NCBI RefSeq assembly: GCF_026210795.1
Contig: NC_089436.1
Location: 1,922,001 to 1,986,000 of the forward strand
Reading direction: 5' to 3'
DNA: 64,000 nucleotides
Origin: Rhizophagus irregularis
Taxonomy: Eukaryota
Under the pieces are notes generated by a model, which did not search any database, was not told the DNA's origin, and worked only from the letters and a program-made list of their open reading frames with translations. This document shows, in pieces, positions 1-13,888 of the stretch (positions are counted from its first letter, which is position 1; each line of letters starts with the position of its first letter). The position numbers and the translations under genes were made by a program.

Positions 1-568
1 ACTATTTCTCAAGATAAATTAAATTATTTAGAAAGAAAAGTTTCTTTATTTTTGTTTTCTCTTTTTGATAAAATTTATCATAATATTGGAAATACAACCA
101 AAATTAATAATAGTAAATATCCAAGTTTTATGCTTCCAAGCTTTGAAATTAATGTAGATATAAAAGTTCTTCCATTAGCATGAAATACAGCATATAAACC
201 TGCTAATGATAATTTTTGTGATGCAGAAAAATGTTTATTACCTAATAATATAGATTCATCTAATGGTATTGTTTTAATTTGTGGGCATGGTTTTCATAAA
301 GAATGTTTAACTTTATATAATGATAAATGTAATCATTGTTTTAATTATTTATCATTTGAAGCTCAAAAAAATATTAATACCTTAACAGCAAGATTAACTA
401 CTCCACTAAAAAATAATGAAATACCTTTAGTTGAAGAGAAAATAAATAACAATTCAAATGAAAATAATGATGAAAATATACAAAGTATTTTAGAAAGATT
501 AGAGCAAAATATAGATAATCAATTTGAAATTTTATATCAAGAATGGTCAAATTATGATAGCTTATAAT
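1..568 (+). pseudogene. 3' end of a degenerate ORF with a C-terminal RING-like zinc finger, probably transposon-associated
   Basis: Frame 2 reads ...FCDAEKC...LICGHGFHKECLTLYNDKCNHCFNYL...EWSNYDSL* with in-frame stops upstream. It runs off the window start. Confidence 0.5.
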
Positions 569-634
569 TTATTTAACTTAGAGATTTTTATATGTAATAT
601 TATTTAATTTATAATAAAAATACATTTTTATTAA

Positions 635-1392
635 AATTTAAAAAGTTGCTACTAATAAATCTTATTCAATGATGATGAGGTTTCATAAATCAGTAAAGTT
701 AGATCAATATTAAGTATTTTGTAACTGACATTTGAGCCATATTATTATGCAGAATTGTTTAATTAAAGTTTATTAGCTTAATATGACAGCATTTTATTAA
801 AAGTTAAAGTTTCTACTAGTAAAAGTTATCCAATAATAATGTGATCCAAATAAAATTTGATACACAGTAAATTCAAATCAATAATAAGTTGTTTGGAAAT
901 TTTGAGCATATATTATTATGTAGAATTTTCCAATTTAAGTTAATTAACTTAATATAACAGTAAATATGCTATTATATTAAGTTAATTAACTTCGATTGGA
1001 AAATTCAACATAATAATATATACTCAAATTTTGCATACAGTTTAATATTTGTTTGAAATTACTGTATATAAAATTTTATTTGGATCGCATTACTATTGGA
1101 TAACTTTTACTAATAGAAACTTTTAATTTTAATAAAAATGCTTAAAATTTAAAAGTTTCTACTAGTAAAAGTTATCCAATAGTAATGCGATCCAAATAAA
1201 ATTTCATATACAATAATTTCAAACCAATATTAAACTGTATGCAAAATTTGAGTATATATTATTATGTAGAATTTTTCAATCGAAGTTAATTAACTTAATT
1301 ATTGTGAAGTGATAAAATTGATTAAATGATCGACAAATGATCTACAGATGATCGGCAAAATTGTGATAAAATCGGGATGTTCGCTATGCTGT
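635..1392. repeat. Array of ~160-bp units in direct/direct/inverted/direct order, ending in a TIR-like terminus
   Basis: The unit aaagtttctactagtaaaagttatccaat...aagttaattaactt occurs at ~635, ~800 and ~1145, and inverted at ~968-1135. The end (gatcggcaaa...gggatgttcgc) resembles the right TIR of the element at 11817-12716. Confidence 0.6.
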
Positions 1393-1444
1393 CATATATA
1401 TAGTTAATATAATTGATATATGATTGATATATGATATAAAAAAA

Positions 1445-4062
1445 AAATTAAAAACATAGAGTCCTCAAATTCGGAAAGTACTAAAACAGAAATTGACAGA
1501 GAAGCCCTAATTAACATGCAAGCATTTAAGATGACAAAGAAAATGCCGTCTACAAATAGCAGAAAAAGGAGTTTGTGTATACATACCAGGACTGTATATT
1601 AGTATTGAGACAAATTATTAGAAAGAACAAGACAGAAAAGTGTACAATACAACATTGGATTATGAATAGTAATAACCAGAGTGAGGATAGCGGTATACAT
1701 AAAATCATACAATATTGCAGCGGCTGCAGATTAAACGATAGAAAGGTCAATAAAGAAAACTATAATTGCCACTTCAACAAGGACTATTCAGACTTAACTT
1801 GTATAAACAGGATTTTTAATTGCCAAAATAGCCTGGATAAAAAAAATATTAAAGATATTATAGAGATAAGAAATCACTTAGGGAAATAACATATCTTATA
1901 TCTTAGAACAAATACCCGTACTTATACAGACATATGATTATGATACAGCCCTCATCAGAAACACATTATCAAATGAGGAAGCTATGATACAACATATAGC
2001 AATACTGCATCACTTGAGATCGATATTCAATACATCTAACATGATTGATATATATACAGATGACTCATTAACGAACTACTTTAATACAAAATTAAACACC
2101 TTCACAAAACACATAGACACAGGTTGGATAATAATGAATGAAAAAAATGAGGTAATACAAGAATACAGCAGTTCAATTACAGAATGGCCATCATCCACAT
2201 GTGCAGAATTGGGAGCTATTCTATCAGCCATACTAGTTTTACAAATAGGCCAGAGAGCAAATATTTTTATAGATTCCCAGGCCACGATAGATAGCATTAA
2301 TCACATAAGATTAAAATTAATAAATGGAAAAGATAAAATACAAATATGGTGTAAAAGCAATAATTATAGTATAATTAGTAATATAATCAATCTTATTGAT
2401 AACAAACATTTAGAAGTAAAGCTAATAAAAGTTAAAGGCCACTCAGGAGTCATAGGCAATGAAGAAGGCAAGAAGCAGACAGAGTGGCTAAGAATGACAC
2501 AGGAAAATTAACTTACATCACAATTAATGATTCACAACAAAAGGACTTAAAATTTGATTTATATTGGGATGGTAAAAGAGTAGACAAATATATCAGAAAA
2601 TTTATAGATAATTTATGTAAGTCTGCAATAGAAGCATCTTGGTCTCTCAATTAAGGTTGCTTGTCTAAACCTCTTCAAAATCCTACGATTAGTTTCATCA
2701 AAATTTTACTATAGATTTATTATAGTTTCGGCAGAGTTTCGGCAGTTTCGGCATTTATAATAAGTTTCGGCAGTTTCGCCTTTCTCCAAAGTTTCGCCAG
2801 TTTTTTAATATAGCTTTAATATAGTTTCGGCAGAATTTCGCTTTTCGGCGAAACGCCATCTTGCCTAAACCCCTAGGTTTCGGCAAGCAACCTTACTCTC
2901 AATCGCACACACAGAACAGTTTTCCAAGATTCAACACACATAATTGAAGAGAAAGTAACTTGGGCATTATTTAAAAAAAACATAGGATTCAACTGCATAA
3001 CAACATCAGTAAATAACAATTTTATTAAACATTTGAAACTTATAAATAATATACTACCAACTTTGGAAATTATGAAAGAAAGGATATATGATCTATACAG
3101 AAATGTAAAGTGCAGGCTATGTCTTGTAGAAAATGAAGATGAGGACCATGTAATTTATTGTCAGCAACTCAGAGATAAATGGTTAATAGTGGCCAACAAT
3201 ACCACATACAAATATGAACAGATGCTGAAAGACTTTCTCTCAAAAAAATATCTTCAACTAAACCAAGAGGACACACAACAATTATATTTATAGAATAGAA
3301 ATTTCTTTGTTCAGATTACAGGTTTTAATCAAAAGTTGCCTATTCCATTTGTACATTTAATGTTAAAAAATTTTTTTTCCAAAAGGAAAATACAGAGAAC
3401 TCAGGTCTATTGTTAAGTCAAAAAAAGCTACACTAACAATTACTTCTTCTTTTTTAGAAATATTTATTAATGAATTTTACAAGGTCATTTAGCAACCACT
3501 GACGTTGCAACCTAGTTGCAGAATAAAAACATACAAAAAGAATCAAAAAACAAGATTTAAGGAAAAAAATATCAGTACAACAACGTATTGTATATGAGAG
3601 AATTCTAACCCAGCAAATAAAAGGTAATGTATATGACCTGAAAGGAAGAAAAATTCTTAAGCATAATGAACAGTGATCAGTTGCTTTGAAAAAAAACAAG
3701 ACAATATATAAATTAATTTGTCAAAGAAAGAAATAGGGTAATTTGAAAGGTATATAATAATATCAAATTGTATAAATATAAATATAATACTTCCTTTTGT
3801 TTAGAGAGTAGTGAAAGCATTTACTAAAACCATGTAATTATGATGATCCTATATAATCTGATAGCTACTATGGGAGGATATAGGTGAATTTTATAAGGTA
3901 ATGATAGGGCATAGGAGTAATCTTATGGATGGGGAATCGGTTTGGAGTTTTAAACTAATTAATTATACATGTAACAGAACTTTCTATATTTATATAATTA
4001 ATAAACTCACAAATTGCACTACCTTGCAAAAAAAAATAAAATAAAATAAAAAAATAAAAAAG
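1445..4062 (+). mobile_element. 5'-truncated degenerate non-LTR retrotransposon (RNase H plus C-terminal zinc finger, A-rich tail)
   Basis: RNase H motifs IYTDDS, SSTCAELGAI, IFIDSQA and KVKGHSGVIGNEE (1984-2511). Zinc finger CRLCLVENEDEDHVIYC (3033-3293). A-rich tail at ~4028-4062. Many stops and frameshifts. Confidence 0.8.
2652..2895. mobile_element. hAT-type MITE, 244 bp, inserted in the LINE remnant
   Basis: TIR TAAGGTTGCTTG/CAAGCAACCTTA and perfect 8-bp TSD ctctcaat (2644-2651, 2896-2903). Near-identical inverted copy at 12181-12423. Confidence 0.93.
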
Positions 4063-5484
4063 GTAAAGAATTTGGAAATTTATAGGGACTCATAAGGATA
4101 TAGAAATAAGTAGTAAAATTGCCTTCCCAGAGTTCTAAAATCGTTAAAGAAGATACTTTTAACATCCTTGTTAAGTTTTTTTGCTATCCCTATAAATTTT
4201 TCATGAGGCCAAATTTTTGATAAGTCATTAGGGCTAACTTATAGCATTAGGCATTTTCATTCTATTGAAAGCTTGCGATATAGAGATAATATTGCTTAGA
4301 TTTATTAATTTTGCTAAATTTTGCACAAAGCAGATAAAAGGATCATTAACCAGAATCTCGCCTTTTTACTGTATATGTTTTGTAGTGGCATATTTCAAGT
4401 TCTGTCAATGATTTAGAAATAATAGAATATACGCTTTTCACAATCTGACACTTACTACATCACACGAAAACATATAAGCTATGTAAAAACATGTCTTTGA
4501 TTTATTATTTATAAAAAAAAATACATATTGCAATTTATACAATATAATAAATATCAGTTATAATTTTGTCTTATTTGTAAAGAATATGTTGAGAAATTTC
4601 AAATAAAATTCATGATCAGAGAGATAGGCCAAAGCTCTAAACTACTTTCCTCCTAAATATCGTAACATTAAAAAATAATAATCTGATAATATTAATATGT
4701 ATATATACGATTCTTTAGGTATAACATTATAAGATCTAATTTTTTTCCCAACTACTTTCATTTTTCCATGATCGAATGCTCTAACTTTTTCCTTTCTATT
4801 AATACTAATAACATCATCAAAAATCTTGTCTCTCTGCAGGTTTTGAAGCATTTGATTTGTATAGTTTAATAGTGTCAGAAATTTGATTGGATTTAGATGC
4901 TTCACTATGATATTCACTGTTTTCACAAGTGGTGGTTTGGGTTCTTTCTATGAAAGAGTTTTTATTGCTTTTTTTCCCGGCATTTCCAATTTTCTTTCTG
5001 GCACTCTTTTGAAAACTATTTCCAGTTTCTTGTTTTTCTTTTCTTTCAACGTTATATAGTTCAATTTCTTAAAAAAATTTTATAAGTTTGACTTTACTGT
5101 ACATGAAAATGAAGTAGTAGAATAAATACAAATCAATAAATTTACCAGTTGGTTTTCTGTAAGATCCATTTTTGCGTTTCTGATCTATAAACATTAATTC
5201 ATCATGTTCTACGAATGGTTTTCCAGCCTTAACCCATTTGTTGTATTCTGTCCAATTTACGGAAGACTTAATACTTTTACTTGCTCTTGCTAATTGTTGT
5301 TTCGTAAACTGAGGAAATAAAGACTGAGGAATTTGAGATTCTGACATATTTACAAGTTTTTCTTATATATAGCTTTAGTTTATATAAGTAATGAGTAATG
5401 TACACTAATTTTTTTATGAAATTGGTGAAAAAAAAAATTACACAGCCCTATTGATCTTACATGACCAGCTAGGTTGCACAAATA

Positions 5485-6039
5485 TCAATTTAATTTAAAT
5501 GGAGTTTGATTATAGGAGATCAAACCTTTTGGATGTTTGATCAACAAACTCCTTAATTTTTTGTATCCTTTTAGGAATAACGATTTCCAGTTTTTCATCA
5601 TACCATACTTCAAGAAGGAAAATTCCATTATCTTGACATATACATCATTTTTGCCGATCATAATTAGTGATGTTTTTGAGTTTTTTAACATCCTTATACC
5701 ATCTAGTACTATAAAGCCAATGCTGAGCCCCTTGCATCTCCAATGCAATTCAATATTTTTGGAAGAAGGCATCAAGCTCTAATCCATCTAAGAAAGAAGG
5801 ATGATATTCAATAATAGGTTTCTCATTAAGAATTTCCTTAGCTATTTGGATACATCTAGTCTGAAATTTGCAATTTTCTTAGATTCTGATTCTTTTTTAA
5901 GTTCATTAATATTATACCTTAATTTTGCTATTTTAGCTTTAAGCTCATAAATCTCAATATCACGCTTAATATTTTCAGCATCAGTATCTCTCCTACCCTT
6001 CTCTAACTCCTCAATTCTACTCTCAAGCTTGAATGTCAT
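5485..6039 (-). pseudogene. Remnant of a repetitive gene family with a coiled-coil leader
   Basis: MTFKLESRIEELEKGRRDTDAENIKRDIEIYELKAKIAKLR, broken by a frameshift. Its upstream sequence resembles that of the 9520 copy. Confidence 0.5.
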
Positions 6040-6479
6040 AATTGATAATATTTTATATGCAACAGAAATTATTCATGTTATTGACAAATGTAAAAAAACT
6101 CACTTTATTAATATAGAGATAAAATAAATACAAAGCTCGAGACTTTACCTGTAGTTCATATTATTAAAGTCTATTCAATTTTATTTTACCCACAGCCCTT
6201 CATTCATAACCCACCTTTTTTCCTCACATTGCTTAGAAAAAAATGATAAAAATATCAAGATCTTCGATCATTTGTAAAAACAATTTTTACTAAAAAAATT
6301 CTGACTTCGAGAAGGCGAGCATGTTTGTATTTATATTTGAGTGGCTTCGATAAAAAGAATTTTTGTTAGAGAATATATGCATTCCTATTCTTCAGCCTGA
6401 TATCTTTTCTGGTGATTGATCTTACATGACTAGATCATATTATCCGTTTCTGAATTAATTCCCTAAGCATATACTAAAG

Positions 6480-9400
6480 AAATGATTGGACTTATCATTG
6501 GTGAGACTTTTCTTTTGTATCTATCTCCTATCATGATAATAATATTCTTCATCATACATGTTATCATCATCTTTATAATAATCCCCTTCATCATGCCATA
6601 TTTCGATTTGGGATTCACCTGAAGAATTAGAGACATGGGTTAATAAAATAAATGTGCTTACCTTAGCTAAATCCAAGAGATTCACTTGTACCTCTGAAGT
6701 TCTGATAGGACTTCACTTACTTATAATAAAAGTCACTGTAGAAAATTGGCCCTTTACTAATAGTTTTTACCTTACTTTTTTCTTAAATTCTATTGGTTAA
6801 TTAGCTAAAAAGGAAAAAATCATAACAATGTAATATAAAATTTCCTTTTATAGTAGGATCTGCAAATAATTTTATATATCATTTTTACCTTAGACCTGGA
6901 GGTGACCTATCTTATAAGTAAGCGGGGTCCTACCTCTGATGCATTATTTTGGTCATCTGAAATCTCCTCTTCAAAATCAATAATAAAGCCTTCTTGATCA
7001 TCGGGTAATTCAGTGTTGAGATTTTCAGAGAAATAATCAATAATAGTTTGAATTTAACTATCGAATAATTCTGCAATAGAATTTGCACTATATGTTGTAA
7101 TATACCTGATTTTATCAATCCCTATTTTCTCAAATAATTTGTATATGCTTCTTGTTCTCTGAGTAAGGTTGCCAAAACTAGGAAGTTTCGGCATGCTGAA
7201 ACTGCCAAAACTAGGTTTTGGCAAGCAATTAAAAACGCTGAAATGCCAAAACTGCTGAAACTGCTAAAACTGTTTCAGCATTTCGGTGCAATATATCATA
7301 TGATATACATATAGTTTCAGCATTTCTGATGTAATATTATCCAACCTGCAGTAGCCGATCCAATTTTACTGATCTAATCAGCTAATAATCTCTTTTTTTT
7401 ATAAAAAAATATTTTTTTCAATACCTTTAGTCTTGTGAATTGACAAATAAGTACAGTATTTTTTTTTCTAATTCTTGGATGATAACGGTAAGTCTATTTT
7501 TTTTCTTTTATTCTTATTTTATGTATTTTTCTTTTATTAACTTAATTTTATTTTTTTTACTTTTTAGGTTTTAGTTGCTTGGCATTACTGACTTAGTTAG
7601 AAGGGAGGTTTTTTTAATATATTAATATTAAAACATTTAATAACGTTCTTTCTTTTTTCTCTTAGGAACGTTTTTTCAGCATATTTTCTGGACTTAGAGG
7701 TATAGTATTTCGAAGGGGAGGTATTCTTAATATAAGAACGTTTAATAATGCTCTTTTCTTTTTCTTTTTGTAAAAATGGACTTTTTGACGTATTTCCTGA
7801 ACTTAAAGGAATAGCAATTCAAAGTGAGAGAATGATATTCTTGATATAAAAACGTTTAATAATGTTTTTTTTTTTCTTTTTTGTAGATTCCAAACTGGAG
7901 CCTTAGAATTAAAGTGACTGGAAGTTTTTTTTTGGTTTAAATTCTTTTTACTTAGATTTTCAAACTAGAATCTTGGAATTGGGTGGGTATTATATGTGGT
8001 AGTGGGAGATAAGAGATGGTGAAGAGGTGCTTCAGAATGTTTTACTAATATTCATTATTTTTTTATCATCACGCTGAACTGAAAACAAAGTTTCAGACTA
8101 AATAATATACTTTTTTAATTAATCTGTTTTAATATAAATAAAAAATTGCAATAAACTAATATATTAAATTATAATATAAACGAAATAATTTTTTTAATTT
8201 TGTTTTTTTTTTGTCATGTTAGTAGTAACTTAAAACAAATTAATAAAAACCTTTAGCTTAGTAACAAGTAAATAATTTAAATTGGGTGGATATGTACTGT
8301 TTCTTTCTTTTATTTTTTATAGAAAGTTAATACTATATATGCTGAAACTATGCCGAAACTCTAATAAAATATTAGTATTAGTTATACCAAAACTATGCCA
8401 AAATGCCGAAATAGTTTTGGCAGTTTTGGCAGTTTTGACAGTTTTAGCGTTTCAGCAGTTTCGATACTATATAAGGAGTTTTGACTTTTGGCATTGAGTC
8501 AAATGAGTTTTGACAGGCAATCTTATCTTTGAATTTGTTTTAATAATATATTATGTTTAGTACTGAGTTGTGCAATAATAAAATCATAGATTTATCCTTT
8601 CACTTTTTTCTTACCAATTCGATTAGTTTTCATAACATTTTTTATTTGATTATCGAATTCTATAACATAATGATACTAATATAAAATTTCATCTTAATTG
8701 ACTTTAATTCTTTGCTTTTCTGCATCGCAAGCTTCCTAATATAAATAGGCTAAATTTAGTAATGATTTGCTTTTCACTACAGATAGTATAACTACAGAAT
8801 TTTTCTCATTGGTATTTTTAGTAATGGGAAGTGAATTTTCCATCATGGAAATTTCAGTCATATGATTTTTCTCAGGTACCAAAATCAAATGCATCTTGTA
8901 CAATATTCTTCGCTTTTCTCTTCTTATGTGATTAAGATTTTTTGTCTTTCGTTACAAAAGATGAGTCCTAAATAGCTCATTTATGCAATAATTTCTTTTT
9001 CCTATTCCTCTGCCTAATATCATTGCTAACACTTTTCTTATACACTTCACCTAAGAAAGCATCTGTCTTCCTTTTCTTCAGTTCATTGACTTGATGTCTG
9101 AGTTATCAGTTATGTGCTGTTTAATTATACTAACACACTGGTCTATTACAGGATCAGATATATCATTCGAAGCTAAGTGATTCTCAGGCTTAGCATCTGG
9201 CTGTGATACAGCTGTTACCAAAGATATATCTTCTTCTCTAACAGAGCATGAGTTCTGCATATTAATAACATGTTGGGACTGTTGAGGTCTAGTGAGGTTA
9301 GAGAAATCGAAATTATGTCTCAATTTGGCTAATTCAGCTTTAAGCTCAGCATTTTCAGCTGAAATATCTGCACTATTTTTCTCCAATTTCTCAATTCTAA

Positions 9401-9521
9401 CCTTGTGTTTAGCACTTTCAGCTTCACGTTTGCAATTCTATTCAATAATCTGTCTCAACTTCGTATTTTTGGTCTTAATTTCAGTGATACGCTGTCTCAA
9501 TAATTCAAGTTCAGATGACAT
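6480..9521 (-). pseudogene. Degenerate coiled-coil-leader gene of unknown function, split by a hAT insertion
   Basis: Starts MSSELELLRQRITE..., then SAENAELKAELAKLR. The reading ...IYDFIIAQL...KQIQR resumes across the 7164-8525 insertion as ARSIYKLFEKIGIDKIRYITTYSANSIAEL. Stops and frameshifts throughout. Confidence 0.65.
7164..8525. mobile_element. Old non-autonomous hAT element
   Basis: TIR taaggttgcc/ggcaatctta and degenerate 8-bp TSD tctctgag/tctttgaa. Subterminal gccgaaact-like repeats are shared with the 244-bp MITE. Confidence 0.8.
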
Positions 9522-11816
9522 GATCAATAATATTCTTATAAAAGATATAAAATATTCAAAAGTCCGTTAGTATATATATATGCTATTTTTTAATTTGCGT
9601 GATGAGAAACTCACTTCCTATTATAGAAATTTACCAAGAAAATTTTTTATCAATACATGTGAAAATAAATACAAATGTTCAGGACTTTACCCGTAATACA
9701 TGCCAATTTTTTTTCTATGCTAATGTCTATACATATGACTATTTATTTTCTGTTTTTACTTGCTTCAATGATTTTTGCGATTCTATCTGACTATCAAATA
9801 CCCACTTGATTTGCTCAAACAAGTCTTTAATAAGCTCCACCAAGTCATTATAGGTCAATACAGCCTTGTTGATTGGTAATGAGAAGGGTGACAATAAACT
9901 TAATAACATTTCCACCTAGGAATTGGAATCAAAAATCAAATCTTTTCAAGATTTTTCTTATAGACGACCAACCTGACTTTGAATCAATTTCTAATTTCAG
10001 CAAAAATAATCAGCACTTGGCCGGCATGAAAAATTACTTTGAAGTCAGGTTAACTTACATGTAAAAAATTGCTGAGAATCGATTCTCGAGAATCAATTTT
10101 ACTATGTTTTGTCAATTTTCGATTAATCGATTCCAATCCCTACTTCTATCTTCCCTTCGCTATTATTCTTAGAGTTAGACGAAACTAGTTTGATTATTAC
10201 CCAATCTACAGCAGTTGATACAATCCCATACATTACATTTTCTTGTAAATCTGCTGTTTCATAGCTATGTTTTTTAGGTTACGCTGGATAGATGTCTGCA
10301 GTTGAATCACATTCTATGCAATTCCTTGATTGATGTCCTCTTTTTTTGCCTTGGTGATTGTGATAATGATATTTCTTATCTTTATAGCCCAATCAATAAG
10401 ACCTTTGCTATGACTTCCTGAGATTTCATATTGAGGATAAACCTTTATTTCACCTCTATATATTGATATTATACCATAAATGATATGGGAAATATATTTA
10501 CAACAGGTAGCCTCATTATCGCTAATAATGTGTGGAACTCGAGAGTGCTAGGAAGATTTTGGAAATATATGGATACAAAAAATATGCATATATATTGGAT
10601 TCTAGAAACATTCCCAGAACATTCCTGTCACTATCCCGTAACTATGAAAGGGTGTTCAGTACTGTAACAGGATCACGTGACTGGCGCAGTAAGGCACAGT
10701 ATAAAATTGGCCAGTATTATTCCACAATTTTGGCCAGCACATAAATTCAGTCAGATCCTTGAACATAATAATTCAGCATTCAAACTGCTGGCATATAGGT
10801 GGTCTGAAAGAATTACTCTAGTTCCATAACAGTTCTATGACACTATTATAGTGCCATCAAGTTGTCATGTCCTAAAGATCGGCCAGAAATTATGCTATAG
10901 TGCCAACCAAATTTAGATGCAGATTTATATTGAATTACTGCACCACCTGACATGATATTTTTTTACCACATTTTGGGATCTAAAAAGGCAATCAAATAGA
11001 CGCAAAAGGTAAGTACTTTAATATATAATCCAGCATCCAATCAGGCGTAAGAGGTTAGCACCTCAACATAAAATCAGGTATCTAAACAACTACAGAAGGT
11101 TAACAACCACATTATAGAATTTAGTATGTAAACGACTTGAAAATAAGAAGAAAACGTGGTATTTAGATTATATGTGTGTGATAATTAGATTATAATGTGG
11201 TAATAAAAAGTATATTAGCATAAAAAATACGAATATCAAAAAAGACTTAAAGACATCATAACTAGAATGTAAAAGTGATATAAGAAATAATAAAATGCTA
11301 GATTAGTATATAAGGTATTTAGACCATATCATTTAGATTATATATGGTAGTTAGATCACATCATTTAGATTATATATATGGTGGTCGTCACCTATAAACA
11401 ACAATATTAATAATAATCCAAATTTTAAAATTTTATTTATTTATATTATGTAACTTATTTTTAAAGTACTTTGCTAAAATATAATAATTGCTGTGTGAGC
11501 GGCAAAATTTTTTTTTGCTATATTACATGAAATTCTTGTGGATTTCCATGGAATTTTTGTAAAATCCATAAAAATTACATAAAAACTAGTCCGAAATTTT
11601 ATGTTTTTATTATGGCTACTTATTAAAATTATCTAACTTTAACCCATAATATTAATTAAAATTCTTATTAAATTCTATAAAATAACCTGATAGAAATGTT
11701 CAGTATATGTTATTCTATCATTTTGTCGGTTTAGTTTTTTCTTTTACTATTCAATTTACAATTTATAAAAATTTGAAGTCACATGATATTAGTGTAGTTT
11801 ATAGGTGACGGCCACC

Positions 11817-12716
11817 AACAGGGCAGACATCTCTATATTATCACGATATTGCTGATCATTTTGCCGATCACTTGTCCAATATTATCACATAAAAAAATAC
11901 CATTGAATTAATTTTTTCACAAATTCTACATAATAATGTATAAAATTTTAATTTTATTTACTTTATTTTATTTATTGTTAATAAATTAGTTCTTAAAATG
12001 ATTTATAAAGATTTTGTCAAATATCAGACATATATTAATTTTACAATAATTGTAAACATTTATTTAATGATAACTTTCGGATTATCAAAAATTATTCAGG
12101 TTTATTTTAGCCACTAATTCTTGAATACCTAAATAGCATACTATGAAAGTTTCAAGTTTGGCCTGAAGTTCTGCGGCTTGTAAGGTTGCTTGCCGAAACC
12201 TAGGGTTTAGGCAAGATGGCATTTCACCGAAAAGCGAAATTCTGCTGAAACTATATTAAAGTTATATTAAAAAACTGGCGAAACTTTGGAGAAAGGCGAA
12301 ACTGCCGAAACTTATTATAAATGCCAAAACTGCCAAAACTCTGCCAAAACTATAATAAATCTATAGTAAAATTTTGACGAAACTAATCGTAGGATTTTGA
12401 AGAGGTTTAGACAAGCAACCTTAGCGGCTTGGCCTAAAGCTTCAAAGTCAAATTAGCAGATGAATTAGCATATATATGAATTATTGAAAATTTCAGCCTA
12501 AGGCTAAATTTGGAACCACATTTTATTTTGCCACAATACTGTTATATTTAATTATTAATAACCTAATTATTAAACAAGACAGTTAAATATAATTTTTAGA
12601 ACATTTATAGGCTTATAGCTTAAGATAAAGCTTCAAAGTTAATGTGATATCACAATAACACATTTATTATGATCGGCAAATGATCAACATGTGATATAGG
12701 GTATGTCCGCCCTGTT
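11817..12716. mobile_element. Non-autonomous TIR element with a 9-bp TSD (MULE-like TSD length)
   Basis: TIR aacagggcagacat/atgtccgccctgtt and perfect TSD acggccacc (11808-11816, 12717-12725). Confidence 0.88.
12181..12423. mobile_element. hAT-type MITE, 243 bp
   Basis: TIR TAAGGTTGCTTG/CAAGCAACCTTA and perfect 8-bp TSD gcggcttg (12173-12180, 12424-12431). Confidence 0.93.
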
Positions 12717-12835
12717 ACGGCCACCATAGTATTCAAATTATATGCGATATTTAGATCATATGTGATATTCAGATTATATGTGATATTTAGATCATATGTG
12801 ATTTCAGATTATATGTGATACTATAATCTAGGCCA

Positions 12836-12883
12836 AGTGGGATACCACATGCGATATAATTATATCGCATGTGGTATCCCACT
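12836..12883. repeat. Perfect 48-bp spacerless palindrome
   Basis: agtgggataccacatgcgatataa|ttatatcgcatgtggtatcccact. Confidence 0.95.
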
Positions 12884-13888
12884 AACTTAATATGGAATTT
12901 GTGGTTCTATTGGCCCAATGTCTTTAAATCTTTCGGCCAACTTAAGGTAAATATATCGATTACGTCTCAAAATTCATCTAATACTACTCCTAAAGGTAAA
13001 AGGAGTTATTAGTGAATTAACCATGAACAAAAATTCCCAAAGCTAGACACATTTTTTATTAAAAAAAGGCGAGAACCAGATAGACCAAAATTATTTATCT
13101 ATAATTTGCATTTAATTATATAAAAAAAGTTAATCCACATTTTAAATTTCGTAATTATACATATTTACGGAATTTATAACCTCAAAATGTTAAAATCGTT
13201 TTTCGTTTTTGATAATTATTCAAAGATAATACCGGAAATTTATTCGGGCCAAATTTTTTCAGGAAATGATCATATCGGGATTAAGACCACTTATAAAATT
13301 ATGTATTAAAAATTTACAAGCTGGCCTTTTACTGCTTTTAAACATATTAATTAATCTGCAATTCCCAATGCCTATCATTCTCAGATCGATCTAAGTCCTG
13401 GAGACTAGACTGCAATAAGACTGTCCCCAAGAAAAATTAAGAATAGAAGTTGAACTTCAAAGCTAAAATAATAAAAAGATTACCTCAATGAGGTCATCGA
13501 CGGGGATTTCCGATTTAATATAACTTAAAATAGATGAACAAGAAAAATTAAAATTTGCTTACCCTTTTTAAGGGATAAGACCGAATGAATGAACTTTTAA
13601 CATTATAGTGCGCTGGTACTGTGTTCGATAATCATGCAACGCGTAAAACTTTTAAGTCTCCCAAGAAAATCATTTTTATGATCGAAACTTCATATTTCTT
13701 TTTATCGATTTTTAACAGATCATATGTCGATTAATTCGCTTTTAATGGAAATATTCCCATTATTATTCATTATTATTATTTCTCTTATTTTTTTTATATA
13801 AATTTAGACTTTTCTTTCTTTAAAAAAATGAATTAAAAAAATAAATTATCTAGTTCTAAAGGTACTCTCAAAATTTAAATTATTTATT

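Larger units (their letters stand above)
11379..12726. mobile_element. TA-flanked MITE (~440 bp of its own sequence) with the right TIR split by a later insertion
   Basis: TIR tggtggtcgtcacctataaac (11379) and gtttataggtgacggccacca (11797-11817; its last bases recur at 12717-12726). TA on both sides. Confidence 0.75.

Noticed and set aside
10485..11100. Coding-like plus-strand fragment
   Set aside because: It has multiple stops and no family could be recognised.
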